Assembly (NCBI GenBank): GCA_047495785.1
Contig: JBLDXI010000003.1
Span: 930,001-994,000, forward strand
Source: Lepidodermella squamata
Taxonomy: Eukaryota; Animalia; Gastrotricha
Direction: 5' to 3'
DNA: 64,000 nucleotides
Shown here one piece after another: positions 12,715 to 25,373 of this stretch. The notes beneath the pieces are model-generated. The model saw only the letters and a list, made by a program, of their open reading frames with translations. It ran no database searches and was not told where the DNA came from. The translations under genes and the position numbers were made by a program. The first letter of the stretch is position 1. The number at the start of each line of letters is the position of its first letter.

Positions 12715-13727
12715 TAAGAGATGAACTATTACGGGTATCTCAAACATTACCTACAAATTTCGATCACCATTTCTTCTCTAAAGTCAATTGAATATGGCTT
12801 ATAAAAAATTTCCGCTTCAAGTTTTGAGACCTATGAATACTCTTTTCAGTGCGTTTTCATCGATTCTGCTAAGGACAAATAAAACAGATTTTCGTTCGTT
12901 TTCGTTCGTATTGTAATTCAATGAGCCAAAGCTTATTTCCTGCAAAAGCATATCCTTGAGTCTTTCGAAAAATAAAACGAAGGTTGAACATTCGAAGTTG
13001 TGAACGAAAGTAGCCAGCGCTTTCATTGATCCAATAGAATTCCATGGGTCACATTCCATATCGTAAGTTAGTAGCTTTACTACGAAGTAGGAAGAAAATG
13101 CGCAACTGCAAGGCTTCAGTTTCAGCCCGATCTATATAGTTTGCGCGTAGATGCCGTTCTTTTATATGATTTTGTTGTTGTTGGTATGTTAGAATCAAGT
13201 TGGCGTTTATACATACCAAAACGCGCGAATCTCTCTCGAATTCCTTATTTCTCCAAAAAAGGAAATAGAATTCTCGTGCTATTTTATTTGAATTGTTTGT
13301 ATGCAAAAAATCGATCAGTTCAAAACTTGGCGCCCGCGGGAAAAATCTACCTCCATTTTGTAGCATAAAATTGAGTTCAAATTTGTGCCCGTTTTGCAGA
13401 ATGAAATGAGACATGTATCTGATAAAATATGTTCAATTTTCTCCAGGTGACAAAAATACCTGAAACTGCAGTCTGAAAATAGAATAATACACGCCGAGAA
13501 CGAAACGTCAATTACCTAAGTTTTATTAGATTTACCTCATTTGGAAAAGTGCGTTGTCCCGTGATTAATGATTCATCAGGCTAACCTCTTTCTCATACTG
13601 CGGTAGAGGTAAAGCGATAGGATAGACATTTTCGTGGAAATATACCTAATTGTAAGTCCGTTGCGGTTTGTATTACTCATTAGGGATTTTCGACCAGTTC
13701 CACCTAAATCCTAAATGAGAAGGGGGT

Positions 13728-14400
13728 TTGGCCGTCAGCATTCAAAAAAGTCCATATCTGCCCAATATACACAAGAAAAAATCAAAATCAGATAAGGCCA
13801 ATTATCGCCCGGTTGGGATGGGGGAGATAATCGGCAAGGTCTTCGAACGAATTGTAGCAGCCGCTCTGCTGAAAAAAGGGAAAAGCGAACAGAGTCATCC
13901 CTCCCGACCAAGCAGCTTTCATGGCCGGTTGCAGCACTACTGTCGATCACTGCTGCGAATTGCGTATCGCTAGTGCAGCACTAGAGATCCATCCTGGTCT
14001 CCGAGGGCGGCCGGGACAAAATTAAAAAAATTAGCTGCACTGCTGCGAATTAGCTGCACTGCAGTGATCGACATGTTATCGACATTTAACAACCAATGAA
14101 TCTTCATGCCTACGCCCACGCGGCACCCTCAATCCTAGATCGGCTGGACCCAGTCCAAGATCGCTGTTGTAAAATTACCGGGGTCCAACTCCCAGCCCTC
14201 AAATTCGATCGAGGTATGAGATCTACGAACCGCCGCTGACAACATCAAGAAGATCGGCAACTCGTCACCAGTTTCAACTTCGAATCCACTCGAGATTCGG
14301 CGGCGAACACTCAAAAGCCCCAATCGAGCCATACGCTCGCCTTCTACAGCTCATTGAAGACTGGAATAAACTCCCTCGTAACGCATTCCGGCAGCGTATA
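13728..14400. mobile_element. Rearranged LINE (non-LTR) remnant containing a small foldback element
   Basis: IHKKKSKSDKANYRPV...KVFERIV on + is a typical LINE RT N-terminal motif; RLGLLSVRRR on - is a LINE ORF2 C-terminal motif; inverted repeat TGTCGATCACTGC at 13941 and 14061. Confidence 0.7.
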
Positions 14401-15026
14401 AACATTAATCTATTCAAGCGTGAAATTAACACTCTACGCCTGCCACAAGATCGCTTAAATCAAGGCTGAACATTGTTTTGTAAAAACTGCAGCCAGAAGC
14501 TGAATCGCTGATCCTATTGATGTGCAACTTGAGACGGTTGAAGAAGTTACATTCATCATGAGCTTGAAAACTCCCACGTCGAAGCACGTCGAAATCCGGG
14601 CCTGTCTGCAAGGAAGAGAGCTATAAAATATCCATAATATTCTGGATAGTCCATATAGAAGTTCTCAGCTAACGAACGCCATCGCGGATTGTAATAACCA
14701 TAATAATTGGAAAGCTCGCTGTCTGCTTCTTTCTCAGCTTCCTGTGTCGTCATTTCCCAAAGAAATCAGATAAAGGGGTGCAATTACCATTTTATTGTAA
14801 TAAAAATGAATAGATTCGGAGGCGATGTTAGGAGCGACTAATATGCTTGCTCAATGGCAAAGAATTGCTGTGCAAAATCACAATTATCAGACATTTTTGC
14901 CGCACCTAAATACCGAATCATAACGCAAAATCCTCAATTTTTTCAAACGCTGAAAAGCCCTGCCTTTCAGCGCCTGCCTCTTTTCAAACTCTCCTCCTAT
15001 TTTTTGTATTCACGGTTGATGTTCCA

Positions 15027-15335
15027 TTATTCGCCGCCTTCCATGATTTGCCTCGCCATCATCTTCGCCCAAATATAGAAGCTAGACTGGTTGTTGCAGA
15101 TGGCTTTCGAGTTGAAGACAGCCATGCATTTCGCCAGTCGCCGCCTCTTTTCGCTTTCGACCATAAGGTGAATTAGAGTAGTTAAACGCTGGCCGTCCTT
15201 TTTAGAAAACGCAATCAACTTTTCGCTCAGCAGTATCTTCTTCATCTTTTTGGGCTCTTCACTGCCAACTGCTAAGATTCCTATCACAGCAAAAGAGAAG
15301 GAGAACAGCTTAAGCAAATAGAAAGTGTTTAACAT
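15027..15335 (-). CDS. Secreted C-x9-C family, type A copy 6 (102 aa)
   Basis: Same motifs (KRRRLAKCMAVFNSKAIC). Confidence 0.9.
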   Translation of the reverse strand: MLNTFYLLKLFSFSFAVIGILAVGSEEPKKMKKILLSEKLIAFSKKDGQRLTTLIHLMVESEKRRRLAKCMAVFNSKAICNNQSSFYIWAKMMARQIMEGGE

Positions 15336-16721
15336 CTCGCGTTTGAGATAAGCGATCCAGAATGAAAGCTGTGTTTTTGAGTTTTACTGGAACACGATTG
15401 TAAAATCCCTCACTTAACCAACCAATTATCACTTGCCGACTCATGCGCGTGGTCACGGACTTGCAACTATACACCATAGCGGCAAAACAATAGTACGTGA
15501 CCGTTTGAGGATAAGTGACAAGGTTCTGAGTACCCGGTTCGAGATTTTTTAACGCTTTGAAATTTGAAATTTGATGTCAATTGTCTGGTTTCCGTCAACG
15601 TCTAATTATGAGCCAGACAACGAAATGTCCACACACCATGTAAATCACCATCAAATTCCGCGAGTTGAATGAAGGGCGTATCCAACCACTTTGTAAGCCA
15701 TCATTTGAATCATTTTTATTTGATTTATGTAACGAGTAATCAAAACTTGTGTTTTCCATTTTTGTGACATTTTGCAACTCAAGCACAATATTGCATGGAA
15801 AATTCGTCTCGCTGTTAGTAAATTCTATAACCACCTCGCGGCTTTCTATTCACAAACAACCATAAATTGTTGCGGGAAGTGGAACTTAGTCGTGAAATCT
15901 AGGTTTTGCCCCATGTTCTGAATGAAAGTTTCCAGTGATTTGATTGGCTCGATGATAATTTAATAGGGCATAGCGTAAACCCTTCACCGTCATCGTTTTG
16001 TATTGATTCGCGAGTACGAATTTTCTGGCGGCCGAGTTTGATCCAAGGGCTTTCCGATCCTACTTTCTACTTCGCAGTCGGTGTCTCGAGAAGGCAAAAA
16101 TAGATCGCTCCAATTTTTATTCAAATTCCATCGTCAAAATCGATGATATTCCTGGAAAATAAAGATGGCCATCTAAATTATCAGCGCTCGTACAATTTTG
16201 GAATGCGAGCACCCGTTAAGATTCCGCTAAATCCCATAAAACTTTGAGCCGACATTTTGCGTTCAGAAATGACCAAGGCGCAGTTGACTAGGGCTGAAAT
16301 AGGTTAAACTTAAATGAGTCATTACTATTCGGTTAGTATCACTTTAGGAAAGCTTGGTACTCTGCCCATGATTCAGACATGTTGTTTGCGCAGTTAACAG
16401 GAACGCGCCCATGGAGCGTAGGCAATAACTGCCTGGTAATGCATGGGATTGATCATTTATCCAATCACTGATGAATTTCCGGGGAAAGTTGGTCATTACT
16501 AATGACTTGAACATCCTTCTTTAGTGTCACTGCTAAATCCATGTCCACAGGCCGATGTCTAAACCGGCTGCTAATTACGCCGTCCCCTCGTTATAGTTGA
16601 AAATCCCTACAGAATCCCGTGTATCAGCTTTAAATAGTCATGGCTATTTATAAGATAGAATTCAATCGTTTTATTTAAACGATAGAAAAAGTTTAACGAC
16701 ATTCGAGGACTCAAAAACAAC

Positions 16722-17030
16722 ATGCCGAACGCTTCCTATTTTCTGACTTTATTTTCTGCAACATTTGCTCTGATCGGAATCTTATCAGTTGCAAGCGAAG
16801 AATCAACACGGATGCAATGGAAGCTGTTGGGCGAAAAGTTGAATGAGCTGGCTAAGCAGGACAGCAGGCGTGTAACCGCTCTAGTAAAAAATATGGTCGA
16901 CAGCGAAAGGAGGCGGCGGCTAGCGAAATGCATGGCTGTCTTCAGCTCCACTGCCATCTGCAACTACCAGTCAAGCTTCTATATTTGGGCAAAGATGATG
17001 GCTAGACAAATCATGGAAGGCAGCGAGTAA
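16722..17030 (+). CDS. Secreted C-x9-C family, type A copy 7 (102 aa)
   Basis: Same motifs (RRRRLAKCMAVFSSTAIC). Confidence 0.9.
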   Translation: MPNASYFLTLFSATFALIGILSVASEESTRMQWKLLGEKLNELAKQDSRRVTALVKNMVDSERRRRLAKCMAVFSSTAICNYQSSFYIWAKMMARQIMEGSE

Positions 17031-17269
17031 TAGATCAACTAGGAGGCTCAAACATTCCTCCATTTTGTTTTCCATCATTTTCACGTTTGGCATAAATAAA
17101 CAATGAATGAATGAAATGCCTCGCTGATGTTTTTGAAGTGCTGAAATCGACATCGCTCTAGCTCTGAATTTTGCCCAAAGTGTTCAAGCCTGGCTCGCGA
17201 AAACTGCCAATCGAATACTCCCAAATGTTTACTTCCACGTTTATCAACGAAGTTTCGCGAAGTTCGCTC

Positions 17270-17357
17270 TATTAGAGAGCTGATGAATCATCTGAAAGGG
17301 AGAGAAACGATACGAAGAATCGCCATTCGCATTGTCAGGTCCAGGTCCGTAAAAATC
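17270..17357 (+). pseudogene. Short type-B remnant
   Basis: gagctgatgaatcatctgaaagggagagaa..ggtccgtaaaaatc resembles 8268-8349; Cys codons lost. Confidence 0.5.
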
Positions 17358-17818
17358 ATCCATCCGTGATATGAAAAGAACTATCAATATACTCGACAAG
17401 TTGAAATTTGCGTGGAAATGAGAAGTCTTTTATTCGCATACCTCGTAGAGGAGTCTGAGTCAATTATCTCTATCCAGAACACCAGAAATCTCGCGGCAGA
17501 TTAGTTGGGACTACGTTTGAAAGCTTTGGGTTAAGACGAACTAGTGATTTGTGACGGATCTATCATTACTACTACTTCATTGCTAATACATCAATTTGGT
17601 GCTATCGTTTCACTCGAAACCCAAATCTGATAATACTATCACATACTCTTTTTAATTGGTAATTAGTCACTCCCGGTAATTGTTGAGGAGTCCGATACAT
17701 GATGTCGTTGATCGCGCACGAAATAGGGCAGGGCATTTGGATTTTTTAATTAATTGTCATTCGCGTGTTAAAACCTCGGCAAAAGTGATACATAGCTTCA
17801 TTCTGCTCAAAACACAAT

Positions 17819-18130
17819 ATGCGAAATACTTTCTATTTCATCAGATTAATTTCCTTCACTTGGGCTTTGGTTGGATTCTTAGCGGTCGCCGGTGAGGAAT
17901 CGCGAAAGATGAAGTGGAAGCTGTTGAGCAACAAACTAAATGAGCTAGCCAAGAAAGACAGCCCACGTATAACTGCTCTGGTTCACCATTTTGTCGACCA
18001 GGAAAAGAGGCGAAGGCTGGCGAAATGCATGGCCGTTTTCAACTCGAAAGCCATCTGCAACAACCAGTCAAGCTTCTATATTTGGGCGAAGATGATGGCT
18101 AGGCAAATCATGGAAGGCAGCGAGCAATAG
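17819..18130 (+). CDS. Secreted C-x9-C family, type A copy 8 (103 aa)
   Basis: Same motifs; AATAAA downstream. Confidence 0.9.
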   Translation: MRNTFYFIRLISFTWALVGFLAVAGEESRKMKWKLLSNKLNELAKKDSPRITALVHHFVDQEKRRRLAKCMAVFNSKAICNNQSSFYIWAKMMARQIMEGSEQ

Positions 18131-19035
18131 ATCACCTGGGAATCATAAACGTTAAGATTATAAGTCTCGTTTTCAGCACCATTGATCTTCGAAATAAACG
18201 TCCGATCTTTGAAATTGACGAATTCTTGTTCGCGGAGATTTTAGAAGATCTATATGCAGTAATCCGACTAGGTCCAGCTCTGAGGGGGGTAAATCGAGCC
18301 ATTTGCAGGCCAGAATTTGCAAGTCAACAGGAGGGACCCTTGCGTTTTTCAGAAATTTTCGAGCGCCAGGGGGGTTTGTTTAGTCGGAGCACTGTCAATA
18401 TGGGCAGTTGAAGAAATGTCGGGTCACCTCCATATTCAACTTGAAATTCATTCAAAATCGTCACCAAACTAAATACTATCAAAATGTCATTATACGCCTC
18501 AGTTTTCAGCTGACTTCTGATCGTTTTATTATTGTAAATGTTCCACGGTTTCCAAACCTTCACAATAATTCATAGCTCATATCATCATCTCTTTGGCATG
18601 GTTTCATCTCGTAATAGTGGGTTACTCCGACGGAAATACAGCAATTCAAAGTGTCAGTTACTTCACGATTGCTGGTCCAATTTTTGGTACACATTCTACG
18701 CTAATGGATTTCCGGACAATCAATGGTTTTATAGTAGAAGATTACATGTAGGTGTCAATATAATACTAACGGCGCGAAGAACCGGATTTTCAAAATATTT
18801 AATTTGCTCATGGTTTTTCCCGCGCATCCACTCTACAGACATCCGACGGTCATGAGTCAAACATTTTGAATGCATAGCTAAGAGGCTGAGTGGTTGAATA
18901 GCCCTTCCTGTTCCTTCGCTTTAGTTTCTGGTTTCAATAACGCAAGCGGAAATGAGGGGATTCGAGGGTTTTTACGATATAAAAACCAGATACAAACTTT
19001 GATTTCAAAGAGCAAACATTTGCAGGTTTTGAAGA

Positions 19036-19405
19036 ATGCCTTTTAATCTTGAACGTCTCACAATCCTAATATTAATGGTATCCTCAACGATATCACTGCA
19101 AATTGAACGTACTGATAAATCAAATTCGAAGACGCTCTGTAAGTTGACAATTTTTAGCTTATATATCGGTATTTCATGCATATTTGTTTTCAGCTAAATT
19201 ACTGTTGTCTAGCATTGTTTCACGGCGTGACAATCCCGCAAAGATGGATGAATTGGCGCAGTTTCTATCGAAAGCAATTAGACAGCGGCGATTGACTGAA
19301 TGCATCCGACTCCTTGGTTCACGTGCAGTTTGTGAGAATCAGGTCGGCTTCTACCTATGGGCGCAATATCTCGCCCGCAAGATAATGACTGGAAGCAGGC
19401 ATTGA
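19036..19405 (+). CDS. Divergent C-x9-C family member (2 exons)
   Basis: Exon 1 19036-19138 (MPFNLERLTILILMVSSTIS...); phase-1 intron 19139-19193; exon 2 includes RQRRLTECIRLLGSRAVCENQVGFYLWAQYLARKIM. Confidence 0.85.
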
Positions 19406-20995
19406 ACTGAAATTACTAGCCTTTTAATAGAAGAAATAAAAAAACATTAGGGTTTTGACAAATCAGACTGCCAGATTCGAGTCGATTTTTTGGCCTGATT
19501 GTTGAAAAAGTCGCTGCCATGAAAACCATTCACGCAGAAAATCCCTTAATTAATGAAATCAAATAATTAGAATTAATCAATCAATCAATTATTGCTAAAT
19601 AAAAGAAAAACAATTTATTTTCTCCAAGCGTTACCATCTGTAACTTTGTTTCAATAACAAGCGATGGACATTCTATTTAACGTGCCAATTTTCCCAACTC
19701 GAGTCATATGCGTAGGCATGGCATTTGAAATCGGACACAACTAATTGCTTGACAGGCTAGTGCTAGACAGAGTTGATAGATAAAGTGGTGATGTTACTAG
19801 ACACGAAATTGCGATATTTTATGCGTTAGTAATTCACACAGATCACCCGCTGGCGTTGAATTTAACCTATTCTCTGTTAAATTCCCGCTTTCGATAGTAC
19901 TGCTGATCACCATCATGCGTGAAATCTCTGACAAAGCAAAATTATGACTAGAAATCGGCATTAAATATAATTGATCTCTCCATGAAAAAAGATGTAAACC
20001 TGAATTCAGATTTCGATAAATTATACCAATTTTTGGTGGCTGGATGAAATAAGACATTGGCCTAGTTTAATCAAAATTTCCTCCCAGGAATCCATCCATG
20101 CGAACAGCATAAACGGAATTAATGCTAATTTCAAAACGCGCCGAGAACAAAGTGTCAATTAATTCGAATAAAATATAATTGATCCCTGTCGTTTGGAACA
20201 AGATCCGTGTCCCGTGATTCATTAGTTGCCAACAGGGAGCATGAACGTTTTCGCCGAATTTAAGCGTCACCATTGTAAATTCTTGACATAAGATTTCGTT
20301 ATATTCGTATCACCCAGTTCTAGTTGATCGACGTTAATGCGGGCAGCCGCGCAGACAATGACAGCACGGACAGCCGATGTACTCTATTCTTGATTCGTTT
20401 AAACACGCGCAGAATACGAGCATCTAACAATGACACAAAAGGGATCAAGTATAGTAACCAAACACCAAACCGCCGTGAGTTTAGAATTTCGGCATTTCGG
20501 CTTCTTAAAGTCTACGAAATATCTTCGAAAGATGATATTGAAACTAGCTTCAATTTACCTAAGATTGCGTACTTTGACCTATGATCGATTGAACTTATAC
20601 TGGCATTAGAATAACGTCATACAATTAGAGTCAGCCGCGGTCTGTTTCGCACGGACGATCTATTGACATCATAGCACCTAAAGATGATTGCCCAGTTAAA
20701 CTCAAACTCAAAGTCAAACGAGTCAATTACGCAGATTCTGACACTCGCACCTGGCTAGTGACGGCAAACAATAACTGGAAGATCTATTTTTGGAATTTCC
20801 GTGCTATCTGACGCATCAATGGTCCCTTTTGATAGCAGAAATAAAAGTCAAAGTGACAACTCGGATGTTCTCTAATTGTCTTTAACTTCATCGAACGCAT
20901 CAGCAAATTATGCGGCAGATGACAGAAAATTTCACGGGAGATCTTGAGCCTCAATCCCGAATCTTTTGAATGTTTCTATTCTACTCAGAAACAAA

Positions 20996-21304
20996 ATGCG
21001 AATTACCAAAAATATGTTTGCGGGTTGTTTGCTAATCTTTTTTACGATTGCCTTGCATGCAGTCGTGGGCAAGGAGGCTAAAACGTGGCGATGGAATTTA
21101 GTGGCCGGAGAACTGAACGAAGCAGCTCGACGAACTGGCGACAAGCGCGTCATCTCGCTGATGAAGCATGTGGTCAACTCTGAGACAAAGCGGCGACTGA
21201 CGAAATGTCTCAAAGTTTTCAGATCTGCTGCCATCTGCAACAATCGAGCTACATTTTTCCTTTGGGCCAGATGGTTGGCGGAATCCATCAAGGAAGGAAT
21301 TTGA
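20996..21304 (+). CDS. Divergent intronless C-x9-C family member (102 aa)
   Basis: Signal peptide; KRRLTKCLKVFRSAAICNNRATFFLWARWLA. Confidence 0.88.
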   Translation: MRITKNMFAGCLLIFFTIALHAVVGKEAKTWRWNLVAGELNEAARRTGDKRVISLMKHVVNSETKRRLTKCLKVFRSAAICNNRATFFLWARWLAESIKEGI

Positions 21305-22034
21305 CTCATGCATCTGATCAATCAGGAAACCTATAAATACACAAGCTTAATGATTTTCCTTGCATGCTTCAAGAAAGATGAACTTTTTCAACTGAACGTG
21401 GCCAATCTTCAACCATGAAGGCTTTATTCGATTCTTCAATATCAGCTTGAACGACATTTGTAATAAGCACGGTTATAGATTAACCTATGTTGCTGATAAT
21501 GAAAGCTGATAATATGACAATGGCCGGAAATGAAGTGTCACAAAGTTGATACTAAGGCTGTTGTGACTTCGGCAGACTATTTCCAAAATTTCACCATACA
21601 ATATCCAGCAAAGGTCGCTCTAAGCGATTCTCCGCACTTGAATTAGCTTCACTCATCTACGACTCGTTCCGATTTTCACACCACGTGCTGCAAATCTCAC
21701 AGTCGTAGAATATTTATGATAGTACAATGTCTGGCAAATATTATTTAAGACTTTTGCATAAAGGTACCAAAAGACAAAAGATCGACTATGGTTCGAGAAA
21801 CAGAATGAGCTTACAACGCGGTCTTAATTCTACAACAGTTTCGAGTTTCCAAGTTCTTATTGTACCTGATTGCTTTCCCTTTTGGAACAAATCCATCGTT
21901 TATTTTCGAAAGGGTATGATCTGTCTAGTCTGTATTAGAATAGCAGCTTTTGGACTAGGATCGGGGCTCAGGTTTAGCACTTGAAAAATATAAACAAAAA
22001 CGAAGTTTTTCATACAATCAAATTGATTGAAAAT

Positions 22035-23248
22035 CTACTTCTTGTCATTGGCTGGTTTCGATTTCAGCGGAACTTCGCAAATGAACGACTTTTCCTTGTA
22101 ACACTGCTGGTCATTCCACTTCCAATTGAAGTCGCCCCGCATTTCTAGACAGAACTCGTTCCCCTAAGATCAGAAAGACTTACAAAAGCGAATGGTAGAA
22201 TTTTCAAGTAACCAAAGAGCTATCTGGCTGATTTTCCTTCCAGAATGAGAATCCGGCGTCGGACATGGTTTTTGCCACCTGGCCTGCTCGCTGAGGGATC
22301 CAAGACCACAACTTATTGACTTCAGGGTTCGAGAAAGTGGTCCAGTAAGAACCAGTCGAGTTTCTCAAGATATTGGTTGCACCGATCCAATAGGTTCCAT
22401 TGGAGAAGACTAATAGGAATAGGTGAAAGCTTTAAGAATATTGATATAACTTCGCTATTTCTTGATTTTATGAGCAACAAGCCTTATGTCTAAATCCTTA
22501 ATAACCTGAGCTTCAAGTTTTTTACCTTCAGTGCTGTTGAGGTAGCGAGCAATGGATTCTTGTTCGAGCCGGCTCTGGATGTTAACGAGCTTGCTTCCTC
22601 TCTTGGCACAATCAATCATAGCAGAGAGCCAATTCAGCGACTTGTCCTTAACGAATTCATAGCACTTCCCAATAGAGGGGCTACCTACAAATCCAGCCGG
22701 ACATTTCGCCAAAGTCTTCACTAAAAAATAAGCCGATTTTCAAAGAGTGAAAACAAAGTGTAAGTCTTACAGTATTCTGGAGCATCATCCTCGCAGAATC
22801 GTTCATCAGAAGCGTCGGAGCAGTCTTTTGAGCCATCGCATAGCTTCGCCTTGTCAATGCAAGTCTTATCAGAATCCCAGCACAAATGATTCTTCTCCTG
22901 CTCGCACTTCTGCTTTGGCGATAGCGTGGTGGTCGGAGGCACCCAAGGAGTATAACGGCCGGCCATGTATTGACCACGGCCGTAATAGACCTGCTGAGTG
23001 GTTGCCGGAGCTGGAGTTGTAGTTTTCGCCAGATCCTCCAGCGTATCATTGAAACGTGTCTCAAAGCGCTCGAGTTTACGCTCGAATCGGTTCAACTGGT
23101 TCATAATACGAGCGACAAGATTGTCACTCTCCTGGTGGTACTTGCCATAGCTCCGCTCTTCCTCCTCAAAGTCATCATCCTCATTTTCAAAGGCTTTCAG
23201 GCCAGAAACGAGGCATAGCAGCCCTATTATTACCAAAACTTTCATCAT
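22035..23248 (-). CDS. Secreted protein: coiled coil + LDL-receptor class A repeat + C-type lectin domain (4 coding exons)
   Basis: Signal MMKVLVIIGLLCLVSG; LDLa CIDKAKLCDGSKDCSDASDE; CTLD KCYEF..WLSAMIDC..YWIG..QPD..WND..C..FICE; GT-AG introns keep frame. Confidence 0.9.
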
Positions 23249-23431
23249 GTATGTGTGTATGTATATCCTGAAAAGAGAATTGGGTGTTATGGTTGATAAA
23301 CATGTATTAATTAAACTTACACTCAATTAGCAATTCCGCGCACTCCAAACGACCAAATGAACCCGTCACGCGAGGTTATCGTAGTGCGTTCTATAGCTGA
23401 TTGCTGAATTCATCCTTTGTAATTTTTTGTT

Positions 23432-23908
23432 TCATTTTGAAACTACGCTTCGGTAGTGGCCAGGTAAAGAAAAAGCTATGTGAATCTCGCGGCCTCGGTC
23501 GAAGCCGCCGGAATAGTAAAGGGGGTAGGGGCCATCCTCGCCATGGTGGACTACTATGGTGGTGGCTAAAACTTTAGCTAAAGCGACAATTGCTATCTCC
23601 CCAGCTGATTTCCCTGGCGTTTTCAGCTCTTCCACGCTTTCCTCCAGGCTTTTTGTAACGTAGTTCGCGTAGAGACCTGGGTTTGACAGGACTTCACTCG
23701 CCGCTAAATCTCGGTAAATCTGAGGCTTGGGCGGGTCGTGGCCCTGTTGGTGAGAAATCGATAGGAAAAGGCAGTCGCCAGCTCCTCCAACGTCCAGCGG
23801 CTCCAAATCTTGCTCCGCTAGTCGCTCTTCGAGAATTTTCGTCGTTTTAGCTTCGTAAGCTGCTCGGTCGAAAGACTCGCTGATGACATCATCACCGCCA
23901 GCGTCCAT
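23432..23908 (-). CDS. Intronless OTU-domain cysteine protease (deubiquitinase-like)
   Basis: DVGGAGDCLFLSIS Cys motif and GHYRSV His motif; start at 23908 or 23956. Confidence 0.85.
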   Translation of the reverse strand: MDAGGDDVISESFDRAAYEAKTTKILEERLAEQDLEPLDVGGAGDCLFLSISHQQGHDPPKPQIYRDLAASEVLSNPGLYANYVTKSLEESVEELKTPGKSAGEIAIVALAKVLATTIVVHHGEDGPYPLYYSGGFDRGREIHIAFSLPGHYRSVVSK

Positions 23909-24619
23909 TTTGGAAGTGAATACAGAGATGCAAGGTTTTGCGAGTGAGTTTTTCATACTGATGTTTTGCCAATATTAAGTGCGTGCTATGAATAATTTAT
24001 GGCGGCGCCATGGTTTCTACGTATAAAAACATACGCATGAAATTTAAATTTATGAACCTGGAGCTAAATTGAGACGTCGATTTAGGCCACAATGAAGCTG
24101 CCGAAAAAATCAAGGAATTGCATATATTAAAAAAATATCCAATAAAGAACAAAACACTTTGAAACCTTATACAATAATTGCGCAAATAAGCGAAATTTCG
24201 GTTTTAAAGTGTTTGTAGCAGCACTATTGTTAGGGCTATACTTATGGGTCAGTTTTAATGCTCAATTCCAATTTGAGAAAGAACAAGGTTTAGCTCATCA
24301 TATTGCCGTTATATTTTAACCAGCGTTGCTTAGACCCGATGACCTCGAGCTCTTCAATAACGCCTTAGCCGAATACGGGTTGCCCGAATGGTATGCTGAA
24401 TTATGCTTATCCCGTTCAATAGTAGTTTCAATAATAGCCAATCCTAACACAATGTCCCAAAAGTAACGCAAACAAAGGAAATACGAAAAAGGGATCAGAA
24501 ACTCTAAAATCGTGGATAAAGGATAGAACATTCGCTCAATGGGCTGAATTTCTGAAAATTATTTCAAAATCCTCCAAAAATTCTCCAAAATTACAAATGC
24601 TTGCGCAATTCATGGTACA

Positions 24620-24746
24620 CGCGGTAGAAGCCCAGGGTTGAGGCGTCTAGTCGGATCGCAAACATGAAAGATTAACGAGATTACAATTTTCGAATTATTT
24701 TAAAATTCAAAGTTTGACATAGTAGCTGTTATAGGAACAAATACGG
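24620..24746. mobile_element. 5'-truncated copy of the pogo-like MITE at 47864
   Basis: Ends ATAGGAACAAATACGG+TA; internal similarity to 47920-48044. Confidence 0.7.
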
Positions 24747-25373
24747 TAATTGGCGCTGCCCTCTGTCTAATGATCCTTAATTAAATTGAACCGTAAGTAC
24801 TGATGTGTAAGCCGTTACATATACAAGCATCTGTAACGAAATGGAAAATAAAATGAGACTTGGGGCAAGTTGAAATTACAGGGTGTAATTAGGTTTCTCA
24901 CCCGAATCAACATTCGCCACCAATTGACCGCGAGCGTTTATCGCGCAAATGTCATTGCGCATACGCAGACTTCTCGATTTTTAGCAATATTATCTTATGT
25001 TGAGCTTTCCCTTTATACTCTGCAATATTCTAATAAAAACGAATTTATGGGTCAACCAATAAAATATGGGAATTTCTGAAAACTGAAAAATCACCCTGAG
25101 AAATAGGGTGTAAGTAAATGAATTAGGATGATTTTTAAGCATGAGCTCCCAGGTCCCTAACTGAGGGGAATTTACAAGCTAGAAACCCACCCCAATTAAG
25201 GTAATAATTTTTTGCTGGTGTACTCACATGTTCATTTACATCAGTGCCAAAATTATCGTACTGTCATTTGAGAAATTGGTAATTTGTACCGAGTCAATAA
25301 GGCCCACCACCGCCCACAGCCAGACCGGAAAAAAGGTGAGAAAATCAATATAAACTGGAAGACAAACAGGCCG

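Noticed and set aside
14426-14753. Tyr-rich minus-strand ORF fragments
   Set aside because: Short, split across frames, no motif I can assign.
1304-21321. Recurrent antisense ORFs over the peptide genes (1304, 5578, 12252, 16736, 20932)
   Set aside because: Shadow frames with inconsistent starts and stops between copies; their similarity follows from the sense-strand paralogy.
24446-24454. AACACAATG resembling the RAG-like TIR end
   Set aside because: The match does not extend and no partner end was found.
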